64,000 nucleotides of DNA from the human T2T-CHM13v2.0 reference genome, Homo sapiens. Numbering within the stretch: the first letter of the stretch is position 1; each line of letters opens with the position of its first letter. The DNA is taken from the NCBI RefSeq assembly GCF_009914755.1, contig NC_060927.1. One strand, given 5' to 3'. Positions 1 to 13,184 of this stretch are shown here, in pieces. The translations under genes and the position numbers were made by a program. The notes below the pieces were generated by a model. It was given only the letters and a program-made list of their open reading frames with translations, had not been told where the DNA came from and did not search any database.

Positions 1-3000
1 TGGACACACATAAAAATGAGCCTGGCCCAATCTTAGCTCTCAGTGGACATCTGCCATATCACAAGATTTGACCCAATTGGCCTGCCTTACCATAGAGAAG
101 GCCACTGCTGGAGCAGCAGATGGTACTGCTGGTAAGAGCCAACGTGGACGGACAGGGCTGTGGCAGGGAAATGGCAGAGCACAGCTGGCCCCAGCCTGGG
201 TAGGAGGCTTTGCTTTGAAGAGAATCATTTTTGTGATGCATTTTTTTAAAATAACATCGATCTGATTTCCTTCTCTCGTAGACTTCAATCACTTTTCATG
301 TCCTACAGAACATTGCTAATTATTCTTTTATTTTCTCTCTTGTCACCAGGTACTGTCATACAGTAGTAAAACAAGTGCTAAACTCTATCCACAGAGAAAT
401 GTCTGTTACAGAGAATTGTGTTAGAAACGCTTTGTTGACAAGGAAGGTAGAATCAGTGTTTTCCCTTAAGGTTTTAGTAACCCAGGAAAAGATTCTAAGT
501 TACAAGTATTACTTCTCTTTAAGTAAACCATTACTAAGTATGATCTTATTTGATATGAAAAACTCAATTAAAAAAAATTAAAACTGCTGTCTAATGGGTG
601 ATACCGACTTTAATAGCCCCTGGTTAATGCAGACTAGTCATTTAAAAAGAGCATTATCCAAACATTGCCCCTTTGTTATCATTTTCCCCATTCTTCAGGG
701 AAACACTATCTACCTTTATACTCATTTTGTTTAACATCTCTAGTCATTTATGCTATTTACTGAGTATCTGATATTCTTAATAAAATGTCAGTACAAATAA
801 GCAAGTTGTCTAGGAGGAAAAAAAATTAAGTTTTTCCAATCTTCCCTGGCTGGTCAAGGTAAACATTTCTAGATGGCCCAAGTCAGTTAGCCAGGCTGAC
901 AAAAATGCCTTTTCTCTTTCCTCTTAAATTACAAAAGATGATCATTTTACTCAGCAATGAGCCTGACTAAAATGAAACTCTGTACATCAGAATTAAATAT
1001 GTTCTATCCACTCGAAATGAACAGTGTATTATTTATCACTAATACTTAATGACAAAAAAACTGATAACTTTCCCCGATTATACCACTGATTTCATCTAGT
1101 CTCGCATCATCGATTCTTTTGGTCATTAGCATAATCACAGAGCATCAACTCTGGCTTATGCAGCAAGTTTGATAACAGAGATGAAAGTAGACACACACTA
1201 TTTTAAAAACATGTTCCGATTTTCATCTAAGTATATCTTTATTTATATGGCTTTCTTACCATAAAGATGCCAGTCCTTTAAAATATGCAGAAATCACTTT
1301 CTACACTGAAGAACAAGGTGCTATATCATAACAAGGATACAGAAGTATAAAGCGCCTGTTAATTAAACATGGCTTTTTAACTCGCTACCCTGCATATGTA
1401 ACTGCTAAGTTCCAAGCCAAGTCTTTAAATAAGAAAGAGAAAATGGCTAGGCTCCTTCAAATGAATGCTTTGCCTGTTTTTTCCCTTAATGTAAGAGATC
1501 AGCCACTTGATAGATTATTTTTTTTAATCAAATTCCCTGATAAATGGTTGAGGTTTTAAAGTTTTTTCCCCCAAAACACAGACAAATGAACAAATTATGA
1601 AGTTCCAGTCAGGACTGATGGTTTCTTATGAATCTGAAATTTTCAATGTACAGAGTGCTACTGGGTTTTAGGCTCAAATTTAAAGAACTTGTCTTGAATT
1701 AATATCCAGTATTTCAAAAGGTTCACATGGAAAAATCAATAAGCTATAGCTACATGTATCCACATGGATGAATTTTACTGTTGTTTATTTTTTAAAAAAG
1801 CAAGTTACTAAAAAACATATATAGTAGGATGCTATCAGAACAAACCTTGAACGTGCAAAACAAAATCCTGTATTTTGAGGAATCCTGTACATGCATACAT
1901 ATTAAAAATATGAAGAACTACACAAGATGAAAACCACCCAGCTGCGAACAGTGGTAAAGTAACCTCTAGGAAAGAAGGACAGAGGTAAGATGAGGATGGG
2001 ATATTCCAGGAGCCTCTCCTACCTGAACCAGCAGCGTCTTCTCTCTTAAGCCGGGCTACAGGTACATGGGTGCTCACTGATTTACTCTTTGTTCCTTTTT
2101 TGTGCCTTACATATTTCACAATGAAAATGGAAACATATAAGCATACAGTTTTAAAATAAATAGCTTTGTAAATATCAGCCTGATTTCTTTTCTTAAAAAG
2201 GTAAGTTGAGTTGTTCTCAACTCACAGAACAAAATGCTTGAGACCAAGGCATCACACTCTATTCAGTAATTCGGACACTGGTTACAAATACTGAAAAACC
2301 CAGCAATCCAATATAAAATCTATTCATTTTCAAAAGTTCTTAGGATTACCTTATATTTAAAGAATTTTTAACCTCAGGAGTCTGCTGCAGGAAAGTCACT
2401 TCTAACAAAGAGATACTCTGTATTTAGTAAATGTGACTGTCCTGCTTCTTAAGCAAAACAAAAGCAAACACAGAAATGAGATTTCTCTCTAAGTATCTTT
2501 TTGAGTTGACATAAATACACACACAAGGAAAAATATGCAAGAAGCATACTTTGTGTGTGATTTCAGGACAAAAAGGTATCAGAAAAGGTGAACTTTCGCC
2601 AGGTGGAGAGTCCCTCCGTCCCCACCCCCACCCCATCCTCATCCCAGAATACTTAAACCTTTTGCTGCAGTTGCCATAAGGATAGCCAGACAAAAGGGAG
2701 AAGCACCCCCAGTCAGCAGCAAGGAGGATAACTTGCTTCTACAAGTATAAGAATTTGTTGTAAGCTTACCAAAGTTACGGCTGCGCGTTTACTGTCAACA
2801 TGCATCACACTGCAACAAAAGCCATTATTTAGAAAATAAGATGAACACATTTAAGCAGCTGAACCCTTCTTAAACCCAGAGAAGGCATGCAAAACAACAG
2901 CAGGTCTGCAACAACATGCCTGATGGAGCCCATAAAAGAAAACTGGGGACTGAACGATTTTCTATTCTAATAGACCATTTTCTCCAAAATTATTTAAAGT

Positions 3001-4279
3001 TGCTTATGGACATAGATGTTATCTGAAGATGCCCCACCCCTCCTTCCCAAGGCTCAATCAACTAGCTTCTTTCCAAATAATTAAATGGGGCAAACTTTCT
3101 ATTAGAAAATATCTACCATACATCACTAAAAAAAGGTCTGTCATTGATTCCCTAATGAAATATCAGTTAATTACTTAACCTTTCTTAATGAAATGATTAA
3201 CATTTCAACAAACAAGGCGGAATGACTTCGCATCAAGCTGTAGATTACCAGTGACAGTGGTAACTATGTGTCCTCTACCATTGCGCCGTCTATTCTTTCA
3301 ATCAGCTCCATGTTTCATCTTTTATAGAAATTCTTTATGCAGTAGTAGAGACACTCTACTTTTAAAATTTGGCCCATAAGAGTTTTTTTTAAGTGCCTCA
3401 GGGTCAGAACAGAAATTTTAAAAGTTTTTATTAGACGAATATCCCCAATGCTACCTAAACCTACAGAAAAGCAAACTGTGAAGTTCTAAACGTAAAAACA
3501 ATTGCCAACTTTTTGGCAGCTATTAAAATAAAGCCACACCTAAAGCCAAAATGGAAATTAAAAATTAGGTGTGGGCATTATGGACACATTATTACCGGGT
3601 AACTTCAAAAGCCACATTATTAATACAGATGAAAAAATGTCTCAACAACTTTTATTTAAATAACTCTTTTGATCTTAGTGGTTAGATCTTTAGTTGAAGC
3701 CCTGAATATTTAAATAAGCCTCCTTAACATTTTATCTTCCTTTATTTCATAATCTTGTAGGATGCCTTCTTCTTAGGATTCTGGTTTCTTTATTTGTGTG
3801 GCATCGTTGGCTAGGCTATTTCCATCAATATTCGTGCATGCCCCATCACATACGATAGAGAATTTCCCAAGATGCTTGGGAAAATCAAAATACTTCTGCC
3901 AGCAGGGTTAATCCAAAGAGCAAACAGTTACAATTTTAAAATTAAGATGGAATACTCAGAAAAAAAAATTCTAGAGAGTCATCTGACACTAATTGGTAGC
4001 TACAGCATGACAACACCCATTGGGAAACATGGATGCAGGCAAGACAAAATTCAAAAGGAAATTATCTGATATTGACATTTGGTGAAAACCACCGATGTTC
4101 CAGGTTGTTCCTATCACGTTATTGAACTGTGAGGCTCTTGTTCTGCCTCTGTTTCTCTAAGTCTCCAAGGTTTCTTTTTGTGCCCTCCTGAAAAAGGAGC
4201 TCCGTTTTCTTCTCTTAGGTTTCACAATGGCCAACCAATTCAATTAAACTCTTAAGAAGGGTTGCAGGCTTTCCTCCAA

Positions 4280-4465
4280 CTCTGATAATTGACAGGTCCA
4301 GTTTTCCCACTTTGGTGGGCATCAGGACCATGTGGGATGCGATTTAAAAACACAGATGCTGGCCCCACCCCAGATACGGCACATCCAGGAGTCGTGCAAC
4401 TGTGTCTGTGTTGGGAACAACAGCTCTGCTGTGATTCCAATACTCGTGCTTGGTTAAAAACCACC
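4280..4465. mobile_element. MER5-type hAT-Charlie fossil (further fragment about 4610-4715)
   Basis: AAAACACAGATGCTGGCCCCACCCCAGA core and degenerate terminal repeats. Confidence 0.6.
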
Positions 4466-4717
4466 GTTTTTCATTCGTAATAAAAATCCAAATACATTAA
4501 AAACAACACAGGATGGGCCTCAAGGTAAAATCAAAGAAATCATCAGTAAAATCCAAGTGAAGATAGAGATTTCAGTTCCACACATCTGAAAGAATAAATC
4601 ACTTGATTCACAGGTCTCTAGCATGCATCAGAATTATCAAGGGAAGTTTGTTATAAATGTACGTTACCATGTCAATCAGCAAAAATTCTGACTCAAGGAT
4701 CTGTATTTTAATAACCT

Positions 4718-4748
4718 ACACACACACACATACACACACACACACACA
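4718..4748 (+). repeat. (CA)n microsatellite
   Basis: Read directly. Confidence 0.95.
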
Positions 4749-7700
4749 GATACAGAGGTAGGTGAGCGAGGACCTCACTTTGAACCAGGCTGAATTAGGA
4801 CCAACTGCAACCTCCCTTCACTTCAGACATGAGCATTCACTTCCATCTCTGTGCTCACCCCCAGGAGGGGAAGCCACCAGTGCCACTGGTCATCAGGAGG
4901 TAGGCACCAGGGCAAAAGAAACTCAAGCAAAACTCACATCACACCCTCCCCCAACAAAAGCTGCGGTCACTGTCCTGAGAGCACCAAGAATATCTTTTAA
5001 AAATGTGAGTAATAACAAAGCCCTGTATCATTGGATCCCTAAGCTCAAAGAACATATGTTAAAATATTACCCCTAATTCAAAAGCAGGGAACCTGGAGCA
5101 GAGAAAGTCACATTATGACTCAATTGCACAGCTGGGAGGGAGAAAGGACACCTCGGAAATTCAGTTTGATGCTAGAAATATTCTTCAGTGTCCTAGTAAA
5201 CAAAGTGAATCACAAAATTAGCTAAAATCAGAGCATCTGGTAAAATGTGGATGTCCACCTGACTTACAAGTAATAAATAAATATATGTCCAAACATAAAA
5301 CTCAGAGAAAATGTTTGTCCTAAGCAAATCTATTCTATTGAACATAAACAAGGCCCAATAATCCCACATTCAGATCCATTTTTCCCTCAGTAAATTGTCC
5401 TATAACATGCTAGCCTCTGATATCTTCAAACTGTTGAAATCAAACAGAATGACATGGGCTTTCTATTCAATGATCCCATTTCAGCTATTTATCTGAATTA
5501 GCAGCAGTTTGAGGAAATACACTCATCACAACATGATTCTGAGTATAGAGAAGTAAATAGTAAACAGAACACTGGAACACAACTGTGTATGTATTCATAT
5601 TCCTTTTTAAAAAAAAAACTATTTTATTAAAAATACAATTTGGAAGGAAAGTGCAATTAGCTTTGCACAGGCACTGCTGAGATGTTCCCGAACACAGCAG
5701 ACATATGTAAATATTTCGTGATATCAGTTCCATTTGAGTAGACCTGTCAAGATATTTACAGGGCTTGACAGTACTTCTGTCTTTAATTAAATTTTTGCCC
5801 AGATACTTTAATATAATTTAAATAGATTATTAGTTGTCAGAATCGAATATAAATTTTGTTTACGATTTAGTTACTTTAAGTACTCAGACTGAAGGAACTA
5901 ATTTAACCCTACAACTGAGCAGCTTTAAGCATCAAGGCCAAACCACTAGAAAGCTCCCACTGCCCTTTGCACTCTACCAATAACCTTAAATTATTACAAC
6001 TGAATTGTAAATTTCATGGCACTAAACTGAGCCCCCCTCCCCTCCTTTTGAAATAAAACAGCTTGGGGAGGGTCATGAGGAAACACCCATTTACACCTGT
6101 TCAGGTACTAGGTAGGTTCTCCCTTTCAGGCACTCGTTCTCACAGCGGCTGGCTAGATAGGAAACATTTTTTTCTCACTCTAAGTCCCATAAAATAACTA
6201 CCGAACAAACACCTGTTGTGTACAAGGCAGGGCATGTATTAAAGACTGGCATCAGGGCATTGCAAAAAGAAAAACAAGCCTTGCAGAGACATCCACAAGC
6301 CAATCTGGTCAATAGATTTCACGACTGGGTAAAACAACAGTGCGTGCGAAGAACACAGCTTCTGGCACAACCTTCTTGTGAATGGCAGCTGACTTCTAAA
6401 CAAGGATTGAAAAATGCCTTAGCACAAACTGACTGTAATTAATAAGAATAATTTATTAAAGAAACAAAGAACACTGTCTAATTGTCTTTCCTGACTGCCA
6501 TGCACTTTCCCCCATTGTACTTCCTCTTTGCAGAATACCAGCCTCGTAGCCCTAACTGTAAGAACATTATCTATGGGATGCAAAACCAAAACACTTCTAG
6601 AAATCAAATATTCCTTACAACATTTATTTTTAGGTTAGCGACACAAGCCAAATCTGCTTAATTTCCATTAAGCACATGGTCACATGCTCATTGAAATAAA
6701 CTACAAACGTCCCAGGAAAAAAAAAAAAGGAAAAAAACTATCATGCAGAAGATACCCCAAATTTCGCCAGGTTTGCCCGTTTCAGGAACTTGCCTCATCT
6801 CAAGGCCTGCTGGCATTCCAGCTTTTGGAGCCTTTATCCTTAATTCATCCAAGTACCGGAGAAGAGAAATATGTTGAAAAATCAGTTTAAGATGGTTCCT
6901 TGGATAGCATATGTATAGCAAAGTGGCCTGCAGAGTAGAGTAACAAATGACAAGAAAGATCATTAAAAAAATGCATGGGCCCAAGTGCAAACCTACTTGG
7001 CTTGCTGGCTTGTCTCACAAACTCAATGTTTGATCACCTGGTGGGACTAACTACCATCAACTTAAAAAAAAAAAATCCCCTGCAAATAGTAAAAGTATAC
7101 ATTGGCTCAGGTATAAAGTTCACCTGTCTATTCAGCAGATGCCTTTCTTGAGGTTATTTTCTTTAGAAAACAAACCCCTACCTGCTTGAGAGGTTTATAT
7201 ACTCTAGATTCAAAAAAACACATTTAAAAAGAAAAAAAGAAGGCCAATATTGCTGGTATAGCAAAAATGGCATTTACTATGACTGAAATCTATAAAAGAA
7301 GTGTGACATCTGACAGGATAAGGAAGAAAGGAAAAGCCCTTAGCAAAAAGAAAAAAAAAATTAAAAACAAAAATACCACCTGTGTAAATCTAGCCATGCT
7401 CTGGAAACCCTTTCTCGGTCGTGGAGAAGAAACAGCTCATGCTGAATGCCTTGAAGTTGCAATTAAATTGTAGTAATTTAAGATTATCGGGAGAGCAAAG
7501 GGCAGTAGGAGCTCTTCAGAGGGTTTCCCTCCCCACTTAATGCTCTTCAGTCACGGGTTAAATGAGTTTCTTTAATGTAAGTACCTTAAAGTAACAGAAT
7601 CATAAACAAAATTTATACTATGTTCTGACAGCCTGCAATCTACTTCGGTTTTATTAACGTATACCTAAAATTATTTTTAAAGGACAAAATTCTTGCTATA

Positions 7701-10700
7701 CCCTGTAAATATTCTTGGCATTCCCACTGAAATGTGATAGGTACTGTAACACCTAACCTTGTCTAAATATACATACTTTTTGAGATGTGGAATCTTACAA
7801 GATAGTGTTTCAAAACTGAGTTTGAGTCATAAGTAAAACATGAAAATCAAATAAATATGCACAATAAGATTGGCTGCAAAGAGGAAGCTGGGTTCAAAAG
7901 AAGTTGTCACATCTGCTATATTCCTTCTCTTTCTTAATTTTGGCACTGGACCCCCTGCAATATAAATATATTTGAAAAATATCACAATTCTTCTGTTAAT
8001 TTAAACAACTGCTGAAAACAGACATACCCTTCAACAGAGCCTAAGATGCAAATTTACAAGGCCAGGGGTATAGTCTTTAAAAAGGCAAAGAAAAACTCAG
8101 TAACAGAAAACCATGCCTAGGCTCAATATTAACTCAGTTAACTTTTGCTATTATAAGTATAAATGGTTTAACTAGAAAATATTTATAGCGTTTTCAAAAC
8201 ATTACATATTGCAGAAAATTGCCTAATAGCATCCATGTGTATGTTTAACCCACATTGCTTAATTATACAATAAAGGTATATCTAGTAAAAACTACAGACT
8301 TTGAAACATGTTGTGCACCATGGTTATGAAACTCTGGCTTACAAAAAATATATAAACTGCTTACTATGTGACCGACACTTGTTAATTAAAAATATAATCC
8401 TTAAATGACAATTATTTTTATTCTTCTGTATGTGTTTACTTATCCTGTTTCCTACTTTGTTCTACTTAATTTAAAATAACATTTAATTTGGGGATAGTTT
8501 ATCCCAGAAAAAAAAAAGTGTTACACAGTTTATACTCCACGATTTAAATATAAACACAAAATCTTAGACATCTCCAGCAATATAAACCCCTTATCTGAGA
8601 CAGTTAATTTGAATAGTTGATGTTTCTTTCATTATACTTTGATAAACCTGTGAAAACAAAATGCTACAGTAATTACTGTTACTACTCCCTTTAAAAATGT
8701 AAAGTAGTTAAATTTTCCTAGACAACAAGCAAGGACAAGTTACAGAGAACTTGAATAAAAGTAGCAACGTGGTCATGTTGAATGTCAATCTAAAAAAAGA
8801 GGTTGTCTAATCTGGAGACTGCTCTCTCTCGCCTTTTTAAATTCCAAGAGTGGGCTGACACAAAACTTCATCACCAGAGATTTTTTTTTTCTTTTTTTTC
8901 TTTTTTCTTTTTTTTTTTTTTTTTGAGCTTCACATCAGATTTAAACTCTCACATACAAAACCTTGGCTTCCCTGACAAGGCAGATCTTCTAAACTCAATG
9001 TGAGAAAACGTTATCTAACTCTAGTGTAGGAGTCTAATGTTGGTAAAAAGAATTCCATTGCACAGTTCTTGGTAGCAAGACAGTCTCTGGACGACTTAAT
9101 ATTCCTTTAATACATTTTTGGGTAGCATTCTCCTCATAAAGAAGGATACATTAAAAAAAATAACTTGTTTCGCGACTCGGCATCCATAAGGAACTCAAAT
9201 GCTGCCCAGAGAGGGGCTGAGTATTTCCTTCCAAGTGAGCCTTCGCTTGCACAACAAAGATTAGCATCTGCAATGGTCCATTTCTGCATAAGTGAACATA
9301 TAGCCTTGCTGCTTGATCGAATAGTCCAGGGTTCTCCGTGTAGCAGCTCCTGACAACCACCCAGCAGCAGTTCTGTTTGATCTCTCCTGCTTCCTTAATT
9401 TGGGTTGTCAAGGTTCAGCAGTTGGAGGCTGTTTACTTTACTTTTCCAAAAAAAAAAAAAAAGTGATTTTTTTTTTCTCCCTCTCTCTCATACAATGACT
9501 AATCCAAAGTCTAAGGGGGGTGGGGGATGCAGCCAGTGGCAAGATGTTAAACCTTTTTTTTTCCCTTTGCAGTGAGATTTTAGCTGACACCTTTTGAATG
9601 GTAACTAGTTGAGTTCCTTTTTTATATTTTTCTTGCTCTTTAATTGTGAGACGTTTCAAATAGAAAGACAGAGGGGGGAAAAAAACAGTCCAAATTTCTG
9701 AAACTGTGAGCTGAGTTTTCTTTTCCTGGACCCAAAGGGATGGGTATTTCCACTTTGAGAATCAAAACTCCAGTGGAATTCTAAAAAAGATTTGATACAT
9801 TTCTCTCTGGAACAGAAAAATAGCAGGAACTCCTCTTTCTCAATTATGTAGGCTATCCCTGGGTAGAAAACACCTGAAGTCTTACTATTTCTTTAAAAAT
9901 TCTAGTTTACACATCTCCCTCCAAATTGATTCTTGCTGTGGAAAACGGGGGTGGGGGAAAGGGGATGGAATGGAAAAATTTTGCAGCGATTCTTCAATAT
10001 ATTTTCAGTAGCAGAAAAATTCCTTTAAATATCCTTGAGGTCTTCTCAACTCAGCTATTGTCCAAGCCCTAAACCCTTAAGTCTACGTACAACCAATGGT
10101 GAAGTGTAGACGGTTTGAATGTACAGATGCCTTTCAAAGGGAATCCAGAATGCTCCTCCGGCATTCCTGTTTAAAGAGCAGTGACAAAAAAGAAAATGCT
10201 AACTTGGAAAATACCTGTGAGCAGACATGAGCGCAATTCCAGCCCCTCAGAAGTGGACTGCATAAGGTCAAATGCAACCAAATGAAATGTTTATATTAAT
10301 TTCATTATTCTGCCCAAGCCTCACAGATGAGGGCTTGTGGGGTGGGGAGGTAGGGAAGAGGAAGAAATAAGTTTCATTTTGGGTCTTCTGGTAGAGCAAA
10401 AAGAAAATGAATTAAGACGAAAGCATAGGATGAGCCCAGACTAAATCAATACACTTTGTAATCAGCCCAGCAAGGGTATTTGGATACAATGACTTGGAAA
10501 TAATTAATAGTTATAAGAGGGGAGTGGGGTGAGAAGGGGGGCGAGGATGTCACCATATTTTATCGGAGCACTTTACACTCCACGCTAAACTTTGATCTCC
10601 AGATTTTCAGATTTAGGAAAGAAAGAGGGGAAAAGGGTGGAGGGGAGGAAGTCCAGTATTTCGAAGCACCTACCGGCCTGAGGATGGGCACATTCCTCGC

Positions 10701-10823
10701 TCCCGGTGCCTTATCGCTAGGCTCGCGCCACCCCGGCTGGCTCTTTGGGGACGGAGAACCCCTAGTGCCGCCTGGGGCTCTCCGGTGTCCCTGGACCCCG
10801 CGCCCGCGGCCGCCTCGACTTAC

Positions 10824-10972
10824 CCGCGGAGTCCGGGGAGGGAGTAGGAGCGCCGCCTTCACGCCCGCGGAGGAGGCGCCGGCAGCACCATGGTCCCCGG
10901 CGCCGCTGCCGCTGCCCCCGGCCCGCTCGCTCGCTCGCCGCGCGCTCTCTTCCTCTTACAAACTTTCGGGTT
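10824..10972 (-). other. FOXP1: FOXP1 5'UTR exon 2 (149 nt)
   Basis: Minus-strand acceptor tttcttgtcgactgcAG (AG at 10974-10973) and donor CGG|GTAAGT (10823-10818). Confidence 0.88.
10859..10891 (-). CDS. Upstream ORF (MVLPAPPPRA*) in FOXP1 5'UTR exon 2
   Basis: GGGACCATGG (A at -3, G at +4), ATG at 10891-10889, TGA at 10861-10859; translation not demonstrated. Confidence 0.6.
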   Translation of the reverse strand: MVLPAPPPRA

Positions 10973-12536
10973 CTGCAGTCGACAAGAAACCGGGGCGACC
11001 CTCAGCAAGTCTTCCCCGTGCAGGCTGGGGGGAACTGAAGGGGACGGGACGGGTGAGTAGGCCGAGGGGCCAGGACAGAGAGGGCAGCGGGCTCCGAGGA
11101 CCCGCGAGTGCGCGTGGAGGGAAGAGAGGATGCGGCTCAGGGAATCCCTGCAAGGATCCAGAGACCGGGAAATCGGCCCGAGCCAAAGTCTCAGCACCTT
11201 CCCCAGGATCTCACAAAGTTGCAACAACAAAAAGGAGGGGGGAGGAATAGGGAGAAGGGGGTGGGATGGGGATACGATCACGGGCGCAAGGTTTGGAGTT
11301 ACAACTGTTTATTTAGTCCTTATTCTCACAGGGGGCGGGAGCTGCGCGGGAATGGGGGGCTGCAGGCAGCGATTTCGAAGCAAACACATGGGAGGGGGGC
11401 ATGCGACTTTGTTTCCGGGAGCGGAGCTCCCCAGAGCCCGTGTGTGTCACTGCCAGTCTCCCGGGACCAAGGCGGAGCTCACAACAGGTGGGGAGGGGGG
11501 CTCGTCGAGGGCCAAAAAGAAGAAGGAATCTAAGTTTCCGAGCGCGACGTTGTCTGAAAAGGAGGGAGGCGGGAGGCGGGGGCGAGGGAAGGCGGAGGCA
11601 GCAAATGACCGCGACCCCGCGGCAACTGGCAAACTCCTCGGCTCCCGGCGCCGCCGCCACCGCCGTGGTCCCCACTCGAAGCGCACGCCGCCTCGGCTCG
11701 CTGGCTCCAGGGAGTCGTCTCGGCGGGACAGGAATAGAGCGCAGGGAGCTCGGGAGGAAGGCTGCGCGCAAGCGAGGGACGGAGAGCCATCGGCCGCCAG
11801 GACAGGGCCGGAGGGACGAGGCGACACGCGCGCGACGCAGGACAAATCGGAGCTTGGGAAATCTCCCCGTCCCCCAAGCTTCAGAGGGGGGTAAAATCAG
11901 AAAATGTGTGTGATGGTGGGAGAGAGATCCGGGCGCGGCGACTCCTCGCAGCGCATCCGGCTCCCGCACCCACCCGTGGATCTGGCCACGGCTGTTGCGG
12001 ACTCGTCTCGGGAAAGCGGAGGCCGAGCGCGCGTAGGGGTGCGTGTCTGGCTGGGGGTGCGCAGGTGCGTGTTTGAATTTTCCGGGCTCCGAGGGGGTGG
12101 CGGGAGAGCTTCCTCGCCGCTGACTCTCGGGGTAACGCGCGCGTGGCAGCGGGGAAGTTCCCCAGTGCGGGGCCCAGGGCCAGGCACCACAGTCAGTCTG
12201 CTGGGGCCCGCGGGGCAGCTCAAGGGCACCGAGGGGGCACACACCCGCGGGGAAAGAAGGGGAAAAGTTTGCTCCAAGTCTAAACTTTGGGCCTAGGAGG
12301 CGCCCGGCGCGCGCCCCCTCCCGCCGCGGCCAGGACCCGGGACCCCGCACCGGCCCCGCGCCCGGGCGGCCACCGGACGCCAACGCCGGACATCGAAAGT
12401 TGCGCCAGGCGGCCTGGGCTTATTGATTTCTCTCCCCTAGGCGATCGTGGAGAGCGCAGAGAGAGGCGTGAAGGGGCCTACGGGCAGGCGATCTCGCCTC
12501 CTCACAGTCGCCACCGCCCCCGCCCCCATTTGACTT

Positions 12537-12548
12537 ATGCAAATAAAC
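12537..12548 (+). promoter_or_regulatory. Octamer (ATGCAAAT) overlapping a forkhead-like ATAAAC
   Basis: TTATGCAAATAAACCC forms an AT-rich island within the CpG island. Confidence 0.45.
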
Positions 12549-12845
12549 CCAAAGGGTGCGGGCGCCGCCGGAGCTCCCTCCACCCGCGCGCCGGCCCGCA
12601 GCCCCCACCCATCCCAGAGCTGGGCCTCGACCCGGGGGGGAGAGGAAGAGAGGGGAGGGCTGGGGGAGATGCACGTGGAGCCTGGAGGTGGAAAGTAGTT
12701 GTTTTTTTTTTTCCATTTTTTTTCTCTTTTTCTTTCTTTCTTTTTTTTTTTTTGTGCTGGTTGTTGTTGTTGTTTAAAGTGGCGGAAACAAGACAGGAGG
12801 CGGCTTGGGAAAAAGTGGAGCAGAAATGGAAAAATACAAACTCAC

Positions 12846-13005
12846 CCGCTGCAAATGGTCTCTCGGTGCAAACTAAGGTGTTTTCGGGCCTTTCCCCGCG
12901 CGCGCCCACTCCCGCCCGCGCGCGCACCCCGCGCACACACTCACTCGCGCACACACGCGCGCACACACGCACTCCCGGGCGAGGGCCGGGCCGCCGCGAG
13001 TACAG
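12846..13005 (-). other. FOXP1: FOXP1 alternative first exon 1b (5' boundary approximate)
   Basis: Strong donor CGG|GTGAGT at 12845-12840 inside the CpG island. Confidence 0.72.
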
Positions 13006-13082
13006 CGTGCAACCGCCACACAATAAATAACAATAGATTCCTCCGCTCCGGACTAGCTTCCCGGAGCCCAGCCAGCGCCGGT

Positions 13083-13100
13083 GGCGGCGGCGGCGGCGGC
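13083..13100 (+). repeat. (GGC)6 trinucleotide repeat
   Basis: Read directly. Confidence 0.95.
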
Positions 13101-13184
13101 AGAGGCGCGGGCAGCACCGGCCCGGGGGCGCACCCCGGCCCGACCCTCTACCTCCCGCAGGGGTCCCCTCTCCGCTTCACGCAC

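Noticed and set aside
1-3800. Annotated intronic lncRNA (FOXP1-IT1), which I recall lies near here
   Set aside because: No sequence signal lets me place it, and the many genomic A-runs could generate internally primed cDNAs
10881-10901. REST/RE1-like CAGCACCATGG over the uORF start
   Set aside because: Only the left half matches; the GGACAG half-site is absent
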